Shown here one piece after another: positions 11,945 to 25,706 of a stretch of DNA of 64,000 nucleotides. The position numbers and the translations under genes were made by a program. The first letter of the stretch is position 1. Each line of letters opens with the position of its first letter. The DNA lies in NCBI RefSeq assembly GCF_001194135.2, contig NC_068995.1:44098669-44162668 (forward strand), given 5' to 3'. This DNA is from Octopus bimaculoides. Lineage: Eukaryota. The notes beneath the pieces are model-generated. The model made no database searches and was not told the origin of the DNA. It was given only the letters and a program-made list of their open reading frames with translations.

Positions 11945-13760
11945 TACTCACGTTCATAAACTGATGTGCATACGAAGCTTTTACCGTTGCTGCTTCTGAT
12001 GGGATCTTAAGTTCTAGTATTATTTATGTTAAATATATTGATTAAATTATCAAGAATTTTGTACATACACACAAGTATGCGCGCGCACGAGTGTGTGTGT
12101 GTGTGCGTGTGAGACGGGTTTTAGCTTACCTTGGATTTCAAAGAAAAAGAAGAATGTGTAAAGGTCGGCAAATCAGTTGGTTAATATTCAGTGTTAATGA
12201 ACGATAAACCACCGAAAATACGTGGTCGCGTGCCAACGTTAGAAAATCAATATGAAAAGACATTAAATCTTCAGATCTTTCTGTTAAATTATGACGTTTC
12301 GAAAGTTTTCCATATTTAAATGTGTAATTAATCGATTGGATTTCGAAATATCATATCAATCACTTTTATTATAGCTTTGAGAATCTCCCAACATCTCAAG
12401 GTTAATACATTTGATAACATGATTGAGTGAAACACTGTACGCAACATTAATGTGCTGAGATGAAACATTGATACACTGATATAAGGCGTTTATATACAGA
12501 AAGATAGCATTTATCAGCGATGTGAGAGTATATGCAGGACAATAATGCACAATATATAAAACATCAATGTACAGAAGAAATAGTGTGGAAAGCAGAACGG
12601 AGTCTTTAGATTAACCGACGGCACACACTATAGTGAGACGATTTTAAATGAATATTTCTGATCCAGGAGCTCAGTTACCCTACAAAGTTCTCTCTGGGTG
12701 AACAGAGACTTGTGAGAGGAATAGCTTAGCTAGGAAGGTTTTGCGCTTTTCATGGGCAAAGATTTTGATAGTGTAGAGAGTAACAACGCTTTCACCGATC
12801 CTGAGTGGCACAAGAGTGATATGTGCTTGGTTTTATAGAAACTGTACAGTTACTCAGTTGAGCGAAAGAATCAATGGAAAAAAATGATAATTATTTACAA
12901 AGGTTTTCATCTCCTTTGGGGTTTTTTAACGTGAGGGCAATACAAAGTTAATCGGCAGAGACAAAGAAGTTGCCCTAGATGAGTTATGTGCACTGAGCTA
13001 AACAGCCATCTTGAATGTTGCTAGAAAAGATAATTAAAAAAACTCCTGGTGGTTGAGTAAAGGGATATGGTTTTGTATCTTATAGATGACGAATATATAT
13101 GCTTTTTGCATCACTAGGAGCTGATATGAAGGATCTTAGCTCGAGCTCTGCGGATTTTGAGGAACAACATGTTCAGAGAATTGATTCTTGTTTTTCATAG
13201 AATTTTTGCATTTTCTGAAAGTTAGGAACGTGTTTGTGGGTAGGAAGAAAGATAAATCATAGCTTTTCCATACGCCCGTTTTCACTTCGTTGCTGTCTCA
13301 ACAGTTTTAATCTTAGTAAGTAACCCAGCGGAAAGTTACTGTGCCTGCATATAAATATTCAATGCTCAATACTGTTTATCGTATTGTTTTATTTTCCTAA
13401 AAATTGAAATTTTCCAACGTTAAACAATATAAAAAATTATTCATTTGCTTTGTGATTCTCAGCTGAATATAGCGTCGCGTTCAGTAAAATTGTTGCTGTG
13501 TGGACGGCGCCGAAAAAAAAACAAATATATTTGCGAGGTTGTCTCCCGTTAGAGCTAAAATTGTTAAAATACTTATTCATTGAATGTTATTGTTCTCTCT
13601 TTATGTACTTATTTTCAGAATTTTTTTTATTGTCCCTGTATATGTTAAGGCTAATTTATTTGCTGGAAGAACAGATATTGAGATTGAGAGGCGACATAGA
13701 AAAAGCGAAGAGAGAGAAAAGAAACGGAAAAGAATTGGTTAAAATGTTTCAATATCTAAT

Positions 13761-13793
<33 letters not shown>

Positions 13794-14849
13794 AAACTGT
13801 ACGTGATAGAAAGGGGATGAAACTGTAGGGTGGTCATATGAATGATTAAGTTTTGAACATTGAAGCAAGTCTGCTATCGAGACAATAGACAGATTGTTTC
13901 CAGAAGTAGTCGGAAACAATATTTCACTCACTGTTCCTTATCACTGTGGAAATACATTGAAATGGAATGACCAATTCAAGGATAAAAAGGTCAGATCAGT
14001 TTTTAGTGGTCGTTTAGGACTAATCTGTTGATGATGTCATTTGAATCTGTTGCTGCCGATATAACTAATGGCTGCTGAGATCTTACTTTTAAATACTTCA
14101 TACATAATACATAGAGTAATATCATGAACGGGATTGTGTATGCTAAGATGGAACCGATATAATCGTCTATCAGAAACATAATCGCAAATGATTACTAATA
14201 TATTCCTTTTGGATACTTCATATATAATACATACAGTAATGTCACAAATGTGTCCCAATATAGATGGCTGTTCATACGTATATGTGTTCACACGGCGCAC
14301 ACAAGACAATGAGGACGCCTCTGCTTATGACGGCAGTCAAATAGTAGCCAAATCTCACAAATCATACTCTAATCTCTTAAAAATAAGAACATTGAATAAT
14401 GTATTTCTAGATACACTGTGTCTGAAACCATAAACAAAGCAACTAGTTGATCATGCCTGGAACGCCTTTGCCCATAGGTTTATGACATCACATCGTCCAG
14501 AGATGAAACAATAATATCAACATCGTGCATTTAAAACTGACTGCTCAGCAAGTTCCGTTCTGACGCCAACTTAGCTATCAAATTTACAATCGCGATGCAT
14601 AGCAAAAGTGTGACTGTGTGTTGTACAAGTTTGATTTGCAATCTTGTAGTGTATGGTTCAATCCCACTGTGCAGCGTTTCAACGTCCAGCGTCTTCCACT
14701 AGCACCTCCTTTTAATCGGTTCTTTCTGTGAGAAATATGGTAAACAGAAACTGTGCTAGTGCTCTCTGTGTATACCTGCATAGGTATATGTGTAGGTGAG
14801 TATCTGTGTGTGTGTGAATATATGCATTACATACCTATATCAACACACA

Positions 14850-14880
<31 letters not shown>

Positions 14881-14957
14881 GTAAACAAGCTTAGAGCAAC
14901 ATTATAATAAAAACAAACTAATCTTAGGTATTACGTATATCTGCTCTTCTTTGTAAA

Positions 14958-14997
<40 letters not shown>

Positions 14998-15403
14998 NNN
15001 NNNNNNNNNNNNNNNNNNNNNNNNNNNNNNNNNNNNNNNNNNNNNNNNNNNNNNNNNNNNNNNNNNNNNNNNNNNNNNNNNNNNNNNNNNNNNNNNNNNN
15101 NNNNNNNNNNNNNNNNNNNNNNNNNNNNNNNNNNNNNNNNNNNNNNNNNNNNNNNNNNNNNNNNNNNNNNNNNNNNNNNNNNNNNNNNNNNNNNNNNNNN
15201 NNNNNNNNNNNNNNNNNNNNNNNNNNNNNNNNNNNNNNNNNNNNNNNNNNNNNNNNNNNNNNNNNNNNNNNNNNNNNNNNNNNNNNNNNNNNNNNNNNNN
15301 NNNNNNNNNNNNNNNNNNNNNNNNNNNNNNNNNNNNNNNNNNNNNNNNNNNNNNNNNNNNNNNNNNNNNNNNNNNNNNNNNNNNNNNNNNNNNNNNNNNN
15401 NNN

Positions 15404-15444
<41 letters not shown>

Positions 15445-15472
15445 GTGTATATATATATATAAAGATAACAAT

Positions 15473-15865
15473 AATTCTAGGATGAAATTTATAAATATTT
15501 AATACATTGCTACGTACGTTTCCACAAATTACATGATTTTGACATCAGAATCGGTATCCTTGAGATTAGTACAGTATAGTCCGTATTACCCCTGGGCATC
15601 CGGTTTATCCTCATCATTGATTCATTTCATCAGGTGATATTGTATTATTGGATGAATCACAGAAGGATGTTTATCCTTTCTTGCCAGTGTGAAGGCCAAT
15701 CTGACCAATCGTCTGATGAAATGAATCAATGATGATCAATCGGATGTCCAGGGATAATATAGACTATACTGTACTAATCCCAACCGACTCTGATGTCAAA
15801 ATCATGTGGTTTGTGGAAACGTACGTAGTGATGTATGAAATATTTATAAATTCCATCCTAGAATT
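15473..15865. repeat. Long inverted repeat (arms about 160 bp, spacer about 79 bp) with hammerhead-like half-motifs
   Basis: 15473-15633 is the reverse complement, with mismatches, of 15713-15865. Both arms carry CTGATGT-caaaatcatgt..tttgtg-GAAAC-gtac-GTA. Confidence 0.9.
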
Positions 15866-16020
15866 AATGTTATTATTATAATTATCCTACATTATATCAG
15901 TATAACCGTGACGCAACCCTGCAAAACTGACTCATTAGTCAGTATCGTTAGACGGTAGCCAACATAATCAAATAGGAGCTTTATTTGAAAATCCCTAACG
16001 TTACCTTAAAAGAATTTAAA

Positions 16021-16051
<31 letters not shown>

Positions 16052-16319
16052 NNNNNNNNNNNNNNNNNNNNNNNNNNNNNNNNNNNNNNNNNNNNNNNNN
16101 NNNNNNNNNNNNNNNNNNNNNNNNNNNNNNNNNNNNNNNNNNNNNNNNNNNNNNNNNNNNNNNNNNNNNNNNNNNNNNNNNNNNNNNNNNNNNNNNNNNN
16201 NNNNNNNNNNNNNNNNNNNNNNNNNNNNNNNNNNNNNNNNNNNNNNNNNNNNNNNNNNNNNNNNNNNNNNNNNNNNNNNNNNNNNNNNNNNNNNNNNNNN
16301 NNNNNNNNNNNNNNNNNNN

Positions 16320-16375
<56 letters not shown>

Positions 16376-16392
16376 GCATGCGCGTGCGTGTT

Positions 16393-16427
<35 letters not shown>

Positions 16428-17660
16428 GGTCATATCTAACGCAATTATATAATTGGGTACAGTTTCAGAGAAGTCTTTTCTTTATATGCTAGAATATTCT
16501 ATTTAGCAAAAACAGAAAATAGAACCGAAAATATTCCAAATCTTTTTAATATTCAGTGTACTGACTATTGATTTTCATCACAAATACATTCCATAATTTT
16601 GCCTTCGTTGGTAAAAAAGCAAAAAAAATACCACAATACATACTTTAAGCGCTTACACGCATTATACTTTTTTCAAATGTCTTGGCTTTCTAAAAATATT
16701 CAAATTTTCTATTTTGTATAAAAGCATCTATATTTTAGAATAATACATTTTATGAATATTTATTATTTTATTTAGTATTCGGGGAAAAAAAAGAAAAAAA
16801 TAATGTTTTTAGATTTAATTTGCATTTATTTTGAAAACAAAAATAATATCACACTTGTGAATATGTTTTTAGTTGAAAATATTTTAAGTACTTAAAACAT
16901 GCTTAATATTGTGACTAAAAATATGCAACAACATTAAGAAAAATATGTATAGCAATATGAACATCGAATATAACACCAAGAGAATAACAGATTATTTTAA
17001 AATGATTACTAAATGATTAAAGTTGGAAGCAAAAGTGTGTAGTTAAGCAATAATAGAACAAAATATGAAAGCTATAGGGAAGCAGTTAATGTTTTACATA
17101 TGCCGGACAAAATAAAGTACATACCTACCTTCTTAGAAGGTGTCTATAGTAGTGAATTCAGAAGAAAATTTTGAGCGGAGAATGGGTTTGGAGATTATAT
17201 TCTACATAAAGCACAAGTAAACCATCCGGACGGTAGTTTTCTAATAATTTTTGCGATGTTTAAATTATGTCAACCTTATGTATATAACTACATTTTCAAA
17301 TGCGACATTTTCCTATTTGCGACGGTCAGACGATTTTGAGGCTGTTTCTACCTTTCTTGTAGGTAAAGTGACCGCCCAATGGTCTTCCCTCGGTTGCTCG
17401 AAGTAAATTTGTTTATTGCTGTTTAAGCACAGATCACCCTTCTGGGCGTGTTCGTATAGTGACCATCCCACCTTTTCTTACTTTTTGTACGTCACTAAGT
17501 TCTCCAATATATCCTTTATTTAAGATTGTAGAACGAGATTTCTGGGCGATTTGGCTGCTATTTTCAGTAGGACGAGTGTTCATGTAGAAGATCCCTTCTT
17601 GAAAATATTGTTAGTCAGTAATGCAACTAGACACCCTCGTCTACTTTCTTTCTCACACAC

Positions 17661-17732
<72 letters not shown>

Positions 17733-19064
17733 TCCCTCCCTCTTCCCACTCTCTTTCTTTTCTCTGTCTTACACTGTTTCACTGCTTCAGTGAGATGATT
17801 AATAAAAGGTATGAGGCATGAGTTGCTTGGGAAAAGTTTGACAGGGTGTGAAAGGAAGAGCCGGTAGTGTTTCGGTTACATATATAGATATACTTAAAAT
17901 GTCGTCATTACATAAAAGATTGCAACATTGTCTTTTTTAATTGTAATTATATTCTCATTAATGAAGAAGTGGACCAAAATTAACATAGGAAAATTTTGTT
18001 ATTGTTTAGCCCCAATTGAACTGTGATCGTTCTACGTTGAAAGGCGTTCCTACTTTGACCTTTCCATCGATTTGTAAATTCAAGATCATATTGTCCAAAG
18101 TATTGCTATTCCTCTCTTTCTTAGAATAGTATTTGTAGCCAGGTTGCAGTTGTTCGACGAAAATTTGACATTTCATGAAATACATTGGAAGCGTAAGTGA
18201 AATTAACAGCTTTGTGTGTTATTTAACAATATAGTTGAAAATTCAAGAACGTTATTCCTAATAATTATTGACTTAAGAGCATTATCTCTGTTTATTCATA
18301 GCTAAGGCAGTCAGCATAACTAACTGTGTATGGCGATTAGCACCACAATAAAAACACTCGGTCTACGTATCATGTTACACACCGAGGTTTCAGTAAAACA
18401 ATGCAATTCAATCCACAAGTATTTGCAATTCATTACAGTTAATTCTCTACGTTAATGGCCAGATTAGCTAAAGCGTAGACACCGCTGTTTTTTTTTTAAA
18501 ATATGCGAATATGTATGCTATTGTTAAATGAAGGTTTCATATTCTAACCAATTGCTATCGCCAAAATATTCAAAATGTGAGATATTTAGGAATTGAGGTT
18601 GTGCTCACAGCCTTTGGTTATTGTTCATATTAGGTTTTTCTACATAATTGTCCGTAACATGGACAAGAACTAATGTCAACGGTTTGTGCTGCAGGTCAAG
18701 AAAAGATAGAGCGAAGGAATACACGAAATACAGTAGAAGTGAGATAGGTACTTCTTATGGTGTAAGTCTTATTCTTTCTTGCTGAGAATTACAACTGCGT
18801 TTTTCATAGTTTAGGTTGAGAAATACCTTAGGAACACCCATTAAAATTATATAAAAATCCGTTCATAACTTCTAGTTTGGGCCCAATCCTGTTTGCACTA
18901 AATTCCTACGGAACCATCAGTGTATTTAACGTAAGCAAGATAGTAATATACGAGAAACTGGAGGCTCACCGGATGTTATATTCGGGGTTTACACACCAAA
19001 TACCCCTAGAAAAAGTTATTCTAATTTCCATTTTTTTTATTTTTCATCGTTATACCGTGATATT

Positions 19065-19280
19065 GGTCTCACATTTTGGCAGAAGGCCAATGACTTCGGA
19101 GTAGAGGATAAGTCGATTACATTGACCCCAGTGTTCGACAGGTACTTATTTTATCTACCCCGAAAGGATGAAAGGCAATGTCGACTTCGGTGGAATTTGA
19201 ACTCAGAACGTAAAGACGGACGAAATACCTCTAAACATTTTGCCCGGCGTGCTAGTTATTCCCCCAACTCACCGCCTTTC
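19065..19280 (-). mobile_element. SINE family B
   Basis: gacttcggtggaatttgaactcagaacgtaaagacggacgaaatacc matches the other family B copies. Confidence 0.85.
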
Positions 19281-20650
19281 TCTTCATTAAACATCATCAA
19301 ATAAAGTATTACTAGGAACTATAACAGCAGATATCTAAGGAATGAAAAGCCAAACACTCAATGTAGAAGAGGACCCATTCTCTCTTATTAACTCTGGATT
19401 GGTATTCAAGAAACAACCTGAAAATATTTTATGATGCATGACAACCTGAAATATGTAAAATATTTTGAGATTGTGAATAGCCTATAGAATATGTGAAGTA
19501 AATTATAGTTCTCCCCTACCAATCGATAGAATGTCTAAAGAATATTATGGTTTTCTTCTGTAGAAAAGTTTCAATATTCTTTGATAAATTTCAGCAAAAA
19601 GTACCACATTCAAAAAGTAATGTCTGTTGAATTTTTAAAAAAAATAAAAATTTGTTGTTTAATTCCAAACTTTTCTGTAAAGTTATATTTTTATTTTCAC
19701 TTCGTTCGCCATATAAGCTTCCTGCTGAAGGCGTCTTTTATTTCCTCCTCTTGAGAATCTCTCATCAATAAATTTCTCAAGTTTCAAAAGTGAAAATCTC
19801 AAAAGTCGTGGGTGGGGAGTTGCTTGTTTGTTTGTTTTTGTTTTTTTTTGGGGGGGGGGTCCAAGATCGATAGTTACGGGAGAAAAATAACGTTGTGGAA
19901 CAAAGATTATTTGCTGAAACCAATATTATTATGAGAGTATCTTTTGATGAAAAAAACATATATTTCTGTGTGATTTATGCTTTGACAAATGTCTGCTGTC
20001 AATGTCAAAACAGACGACTAATCTCTTTTTTTTTTCTCCATTTATTAAAATTCTTTAATACAACTTCCATCTTTGCCCCATGAAATATATTTGAGAACCT
20101 AGGAAAATGTTTTATAGCTGATTTGTATTTGTGGGAAAGCTCAATCACTGATCTTTTATTAGATGCCATTCATAAAACTACTCGATATGTTTAACTGAAA
20201 CTAATATTTAATTGAACCTAAATTATAGAACTGTGAACCGAACGTTGAAAATCCAATTTGGACTTAGTTGGTAATATACTTTCCAATGGTCTCATATTAA
20301 TATTTAGAAGTATTACTGTTGATAACATTAGATATAAATGAATATAGAAATAAAAATGAATGATAGCTTTATGGTTGGTTCCCTGTATATTATAGCTAAT
20401 TTGCTGAGGCTAATATTAGATGTTAATCTTTATGTCAGGTCGCCCATGAGTGTTATTGGTAACTTGTAGTTCGATGCAAATCATTGTATGTATAAAATGG
20501 ATCCCCCTACCCCATCCATCAAACTTGCCTAGTGAGGAGGGCTGCTAAAATCTCAGCAGGACATACATCTTAGAAGATCGGATGAACACAACGTAGGGGT
20601 TAACAACTATCTAACAATAAATAGGGGATAGAAATTCATAAATAGTTGTG

Positions 20651-20752
20651 GGAAAGTAGCCAGACTTGGAAAGTAGCCTTGGAAAGTAGCCTTGGAAAGT
20701 AGCCTTGGAAAGTAGCCTTGGAAAGTAGCCTTGGAAAGTAGCCTTGGAAAGG
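20651..20752 (+). repeat. 13-bp minisatellite (ttggaaagtagcc) x6 plus partial units
   Basis: Six identical units at 20666-20743, with partial units on both sides. Confidence 0.95.
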
Positions 20753-22820
20753 ACAACTCGGGGCGTTACCCCTCACTGCCTGTGAGTGCCTGTGAAGAAT
20801 CGAAGAGTTAGATAGTCAACCTCTGACAGTAAATCAAATTTGAAAAGAACTTAGAAACCGCCGGCGTTAATCATCCCGAATGAAGACGTTATGAATGGAT
20901 TGTAACTGAGGCCTCCGAAACTCAGCATAATGAAGGAATATCTATTTATTCATTATTAAACTAAAATTGATGAGAGTCCAAGAATGACGGCGGAAACTAT
21001 TGATGCTGCTATACGAAATTTATTGTGACATTTATTCCGGTATCTTGTATTTTGAATTCAAATTCTGTCCAGGTCAGTTTGCTTTCTGAGAGCGAGAAAT
21101 AAAATATAATGAAGAAGAGATTTGGTTGTCACTCTTTGCGCTCTGAGATGAAACCTCGCCATGACATACTTAACATCATTGCCTGGTGTCTTGAGTGTCT
21201 TTAGTGGAGACCACTGAATTGCAAGAATTCGGGCCGGGTATCTGGTTGCAGTATACTTTCTTTCCCCAACATCAACAACTCCGGAATCTCTGTCATGGGT
21301 CTTCACGAAAGGACAACGAAAATAACGGACCATACAGGAAAATATAAACTTCAGTGAACAAACACCTCGACTCATCTTCAATTTTTATCTGCAGTTCTTT
21401 CATTTTGAATACCCTTGGGAAATAAATGATCAACATAGTCTAACGATGAGGACTTTAAATTGTGTGACGAGCTGCTAAAATAGCACTCAAATCTCGCAAA
21501 ATTCACATCCTGCCGTTTTGAATGATGAAGGGTGCGTTAGATAATTTAGCCCTAGATGCACTACCTGACGAAAAATTGGATATCACGGCAAGAACAGCTT
21601 TTGATCATATATCTGCCCTACTACAACTGACCTGCAGCCAAGCAGCCGCGTGTTAAAAGTCAGAAAACTGTAACCGCTTTATGCCTGGCGCTTAGAAAAA
21701 CAATTAATTTAGATTTTTTATGGTTTATTTTACCTTAAACATCATTATGGCATAACCTCACCTAAATTCCATTCTCTGAAATGTCAATACCTGTCACTTA
21801 GAATGTTTTTATACTGATTCATGTGTTTGAATTTAACAGAAAAAGAAAATGAAAATCTATTGGAACTTTTTATAGAATTAATTGGTTTTGGTCGTTCATG
21901 TATTCTATTAATAAACTTTGATGGAATACGTTATTTATAAGGTAAACTTTTCAAAAATCAATGTGTTCATCCATGACGAAACGCTATTATCGATTCTGAG
22001 TGATCGATACTGCAGTTGCGATATTTTGGAACACCAAATTAATTTAATTTAGAGTTAAAATTTACCAGCTTTAGAAATATTTTACAGCGGGCGATAGCGT
22101 TGCTTAGAATTCTGATGTTCCTACCAAAGAAATCATGATTCATATTTTGTACTGGTACCAAAGAAAAGTATTTCTGTAATACAGGTTAATCAGATGAAAA
22201 ATGGCAACACTGATGACTGTTTTAGAGGGTTCTTTGAGATTGGTCGAGGAATTGCGACAGATAGAAGATTGGTCCAATTGCGAGTAAAGAGTGGATTTTG
22301 CTAAAGGCAGCTAAGAACTAGACGATGGTGACAAAACTTGGCAACAAGATATAAGGCACCTGACGGGATTCCTTACAGTTTTCTTCAGTCAACAGTTTTA
22401 AGGACATGGATCAAGTTGAGGCTAGTGTAGAAGGCTATCGAATGCAGCACAGTTAGATGGAACTTGGAACAATGATGTAATTTTGAAGCAAGATACTTTA
22501 TTATATGGTCATTCCTGTAAAGCTGGAGGCGCTTAGCACTCAATGTAACGGCCTCCGTGCAATAAATACTTCCTTAAGGATACGTGATGTGTATACACAT
22601 GTATATGTGTGTGTATTTGTATACTCACACACACACACACTCACACACACACACATCCAGCGAAAGTAACAACCTGTGAAGCTTTTCGAATGCTATTTTC
22701 TCCACTCTCTTTTACACTTATGTGAATGCACATATCTGTGTCTGTGCGTATGCGTGTGTATGTGTATATAAGCAAATTATGCATATGTATATGTGTGTGT
22801 GTGTGTGTGTGTGTGCGTGC

Positions 22821-22873
<53 letters not shown>

Positions 22874-23132
22874 NNNNNNNNNNNNNNNNNNNNNNNNNNN
22901 NNNNNNNNNNNNNNNNNNNNNNNNNNNNNNNNNNNNNNNNNNNNNNNNNNNNNNNNNAAACGTGTTCAGATATACACAGCTGACATTTATTGGAGAACTT
23001 ACCTTATTTCCTTATTTTTCGGTGATGTTAATTAAATTGTTTAATATTAACATCTTTCTATACATTTGTCCATCTCTTTTGATCTCGATATGTGTAGGAG
23101 ACAGAGAGAGAAGGAGAGAGAGAGAAAGAGAA

Positions 23133-23163
<31 letters not shown>

Positions 23164-23743
23164 AAGAAAGAGAGAGAGAGAGAGAGAGACTGTTGTGTCA
23201 GTATGAATTCTAATTGAGCCAAAAAAATCGTTAGACGTGTCAATTTCAATGCCATCAGGACATAATACAACGTCTTCGCAATTAACATGACCGACAGGAA
23301 TTGAACAGCGGCGATAAAACCAGATTAAATATAATAGCGACAGACAAATCAAGAGAGATTCAAGTCAGATGAAGCTTCATGTAGGTTTGAGTCGCCCGTA
23401 TTTTTCAGTGGCAGTAAATCTACCAGACTGCTTCAATAGACACTGTGAAAGCAATTTATGGAGTTGTAAATATAGTTATTCAACAAAATCCATTAAGAAG
23501 ATAAATTTGGAAACAAGTAGCTGCTGCGAAAACGCTCGGTAAAACTAATATTTATATGACTGTGTGTATGTGTGCATGCGTGTGTGTGCACGCGTGCGCT
23601 TGCGTGCGTATATGTATATACATACATACACACACACGCGCGCGCAAGCACACATATATATACATACATATGTATATGTATATGTGCATATAGGGGAGAA
23701 TACAAACCGATGTATTAGTATAACGCTCGGGAAGAGAAAAAGT

Positions 23744-23779
23744 TTTTAATGTTTCGAGTCTACGCTCTTCCACAGAAAG
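23744..23779 (-). ncRNA. Hammerhead-like motif of the U6-variant family
   Basis: Minus strand: cttt-CTGTGGA-a-GAGC gtag ACTC-GAAAC-ATT-aaaa. Confidence 0.5.
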
Positions 23780-23837
23780 GAACACGGAAACAAGGAGAGA
23801 AAAAAAAAAGAATTTGTAGTGGCTAGAGACCTAATGC

Positions 23838-23888
<51 letters not shown>

Positions 23889-23896
23889 TGTGTGTG

Positions 23897-23927
<31 letters not shown>

Positions 23928-23958
23928 GTGTGTATGTGTATGTGTGTGTGTATGTGTG

Positions 23959-23990
<32 letters not shown>

Positions 23991-24004
23991 AATGTATATG
24001 TATA

Positions 24005-24290
24005 TGAGGGTGCATGGCCTAGTGTTTAGGGAGTTGCGTTTACGATCGCGAGATTGTGATTTCAATTCCTAGACCGGGTGGTGGGTTGTATTCTTGAGCA
24101 AGACACTTAATCTAGCGTTGCCCTGCGATCACTTCGACGCTTGTCGTGTTCCTGTTCAGGCAACGTCGATTTGATGGAACGATTGAGCTAATGTACACCA
24201 CACATACATTTTGTCACTATAAAGAAACTATTTGTGCAGCTTGTTCGGCAAGAAATTGCAGAAGCGTCTTCCTTGGATTACCTGAGACTA
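24005..24290 (+). mobile_element. tRNA-derived SINE with CORE-like segment (family C)
   Basis: A-box-like tggcctagtgtttagg, B-box-like gatttcaattcc, then ttcttgagcaagacact (CORE-like). Confidence 0.65.
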
Positions 24291-24299
24291 CCATTGTAT

Positions 24300-24456
24300 A
24301 AAAATCTGTACGGTAAGATGTTTCCCAACTACATGGTTCCGGGTTCAGTCCCACTGCGTGACACCATGGGCTAGTGTCTTCTACTATAGCCTTGGGCGGA
24401 CCAAAGCCTTGCGAGTGGATTTGGTAGATGGAAACTGTAAAAAGCCCGTCGTATAA

Positions 24457-24496
<40 letters not shown>

Positions 24497-24695
24497 GACC
24501 ACCGCTTGACAACTGGTGTTGTTTTGTTTACGTTCCCGTAATCTAACTATTCGGCAAAAAGTGACCGTTAGAATATGTACCGGGATCAAAAAGAGATTAA
24601 GTATTGGTGTCGATTCATTCGACTAAAAGTTCTCCAAGATGGTGCCCCAGCATGGCCAAAGTATAATGACTGAAACGGATAAGAGGTAAGATATA
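24300..24695 (+). mobile_element. SINE family A
   Basis: ggttccgggttcagtcccactgcg...gtggatttggtagatggaaactg, internal (GT)n, 3' cagcatggcc...atgactgaaac. Confidence 0.85.
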
Positions 24696-24944
24696 TGAAT
24701 ACATAAATATAAATATAACATTGGGACACTGAACTGTGTTGCGTGTGACATAGTAAACAATTGGAACAGAATAAGAGTAAAACTCAACTTCAACCAGATT
24801 AAATATATTGGCCACAAGCACGTCATGTGATGTTAAAATTTGCTGGATTTTCATAAATATCCAACTCATTCATCTTCAGATGCAGTCCGTAATCATTTTA
24901 CTGCCGACGCCGAGGCATGTCCTTATAACAGAAACACGGCCTCT

Positions 24945-25185
24945 TAAGTCAGCGAGCTGGCAGAAACGTTAGCACGCCGGGCGAAATGCTTATTAGTATA
25001 TCGTCTGCCGTTATGTTCTGAGTTCAAATTCGGCCGAGGTCGACTTTGCCTTTTATCCTTACGGGGTCGATAAATTAAGTACCAGTTACGCACTGGGGTT
25101 GATGTAATCGACTTAATCCCTTTGTCTGTCCTTGTTTGTCCACTCTGTGTGTAGCCCCTTGTGTACAATAAAGAAATAAGAAACA
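24945..25185 (+). mobile_element. SINE family B with alternative 3' tail
   Basis: gagctggcagaaacgttagcacgccgggcgaaatgc...gagttcaaattcggccgaggtcgac...caataaagaaataagaa. Confidence 0.88.
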
Positions 25186-25644
25186 TGGCCTCTTCTCCAG
25201 TTTATTTTTATTTATTTTATTATTACTAGTTTCGAACTGTTTTCGGCCTGTTCAGCTACACTTCACACATAGACACACTCATAGATACACAGACAGGAAG
25301 ATAGATAGATAGATTGATAGATAGATAGATAGATAGATAGATTGGCTTTAACGAGCGCTTTCGAAGCTACTCCATCAGGATTAATTTTCTTAATGTATTT
25401 CGTCAAATAATATACATGATTTTATTTGAAAAAGTATATTATCAATCTTGCTGAAATTAATTAACAAAAGTAGATTTTAAAATAACTTATTCTTACATAC
25501 TTCTATTGTGTATGCGTACTTACATGCATGTGTGTATGTATGTGTGTGTATGTGTGTGTATGTGTATGTATACATACAATATATATATATATATATAATA
25601 TATTGTGTGTATACAATATATATGTGTATACACACACACACGCG

Positions 25645-25706
<62 letters not shown>

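Noticed and set aside
12290-12360. Minus-strand GAAAC-GTC with a stem II-like gaaa/tttc; similar remnants near 7830-7880, 25225-25262, 42260-42310 and 61370-61402
   Set aside because: The CUGANGA core or stem I is missing or too decayed to call; possibly old family members.
12560-13310. GC-richer segment that may be a decayed transposase
   Set aside because: All frames are interrupted and I recognise no motif.
13620-13790. Coiled-coil-like peptide EEQILRLRGDIEKAKREKR
   Set aside because: It is purine-rich sequence grading into (GAAA)n, with no donor site and no homology recognised.
20651-20752. CRISPR-like array
   Set aside because: The units are directly adjacent with no spacers, and the context is eukaryotic.
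21058-21381. 107-aa minus-strand ORF with faint resemblance to a DD37D/maT or ISXO2-like transposase
   Set aside because: No catalytic motif can be aligned convincingly by eye; an HMM search is needed.
24845-24890. Minus-strand CTGAAGA...GAAA
   Set aside because: There is no helix III/NUH and no stem I partner.
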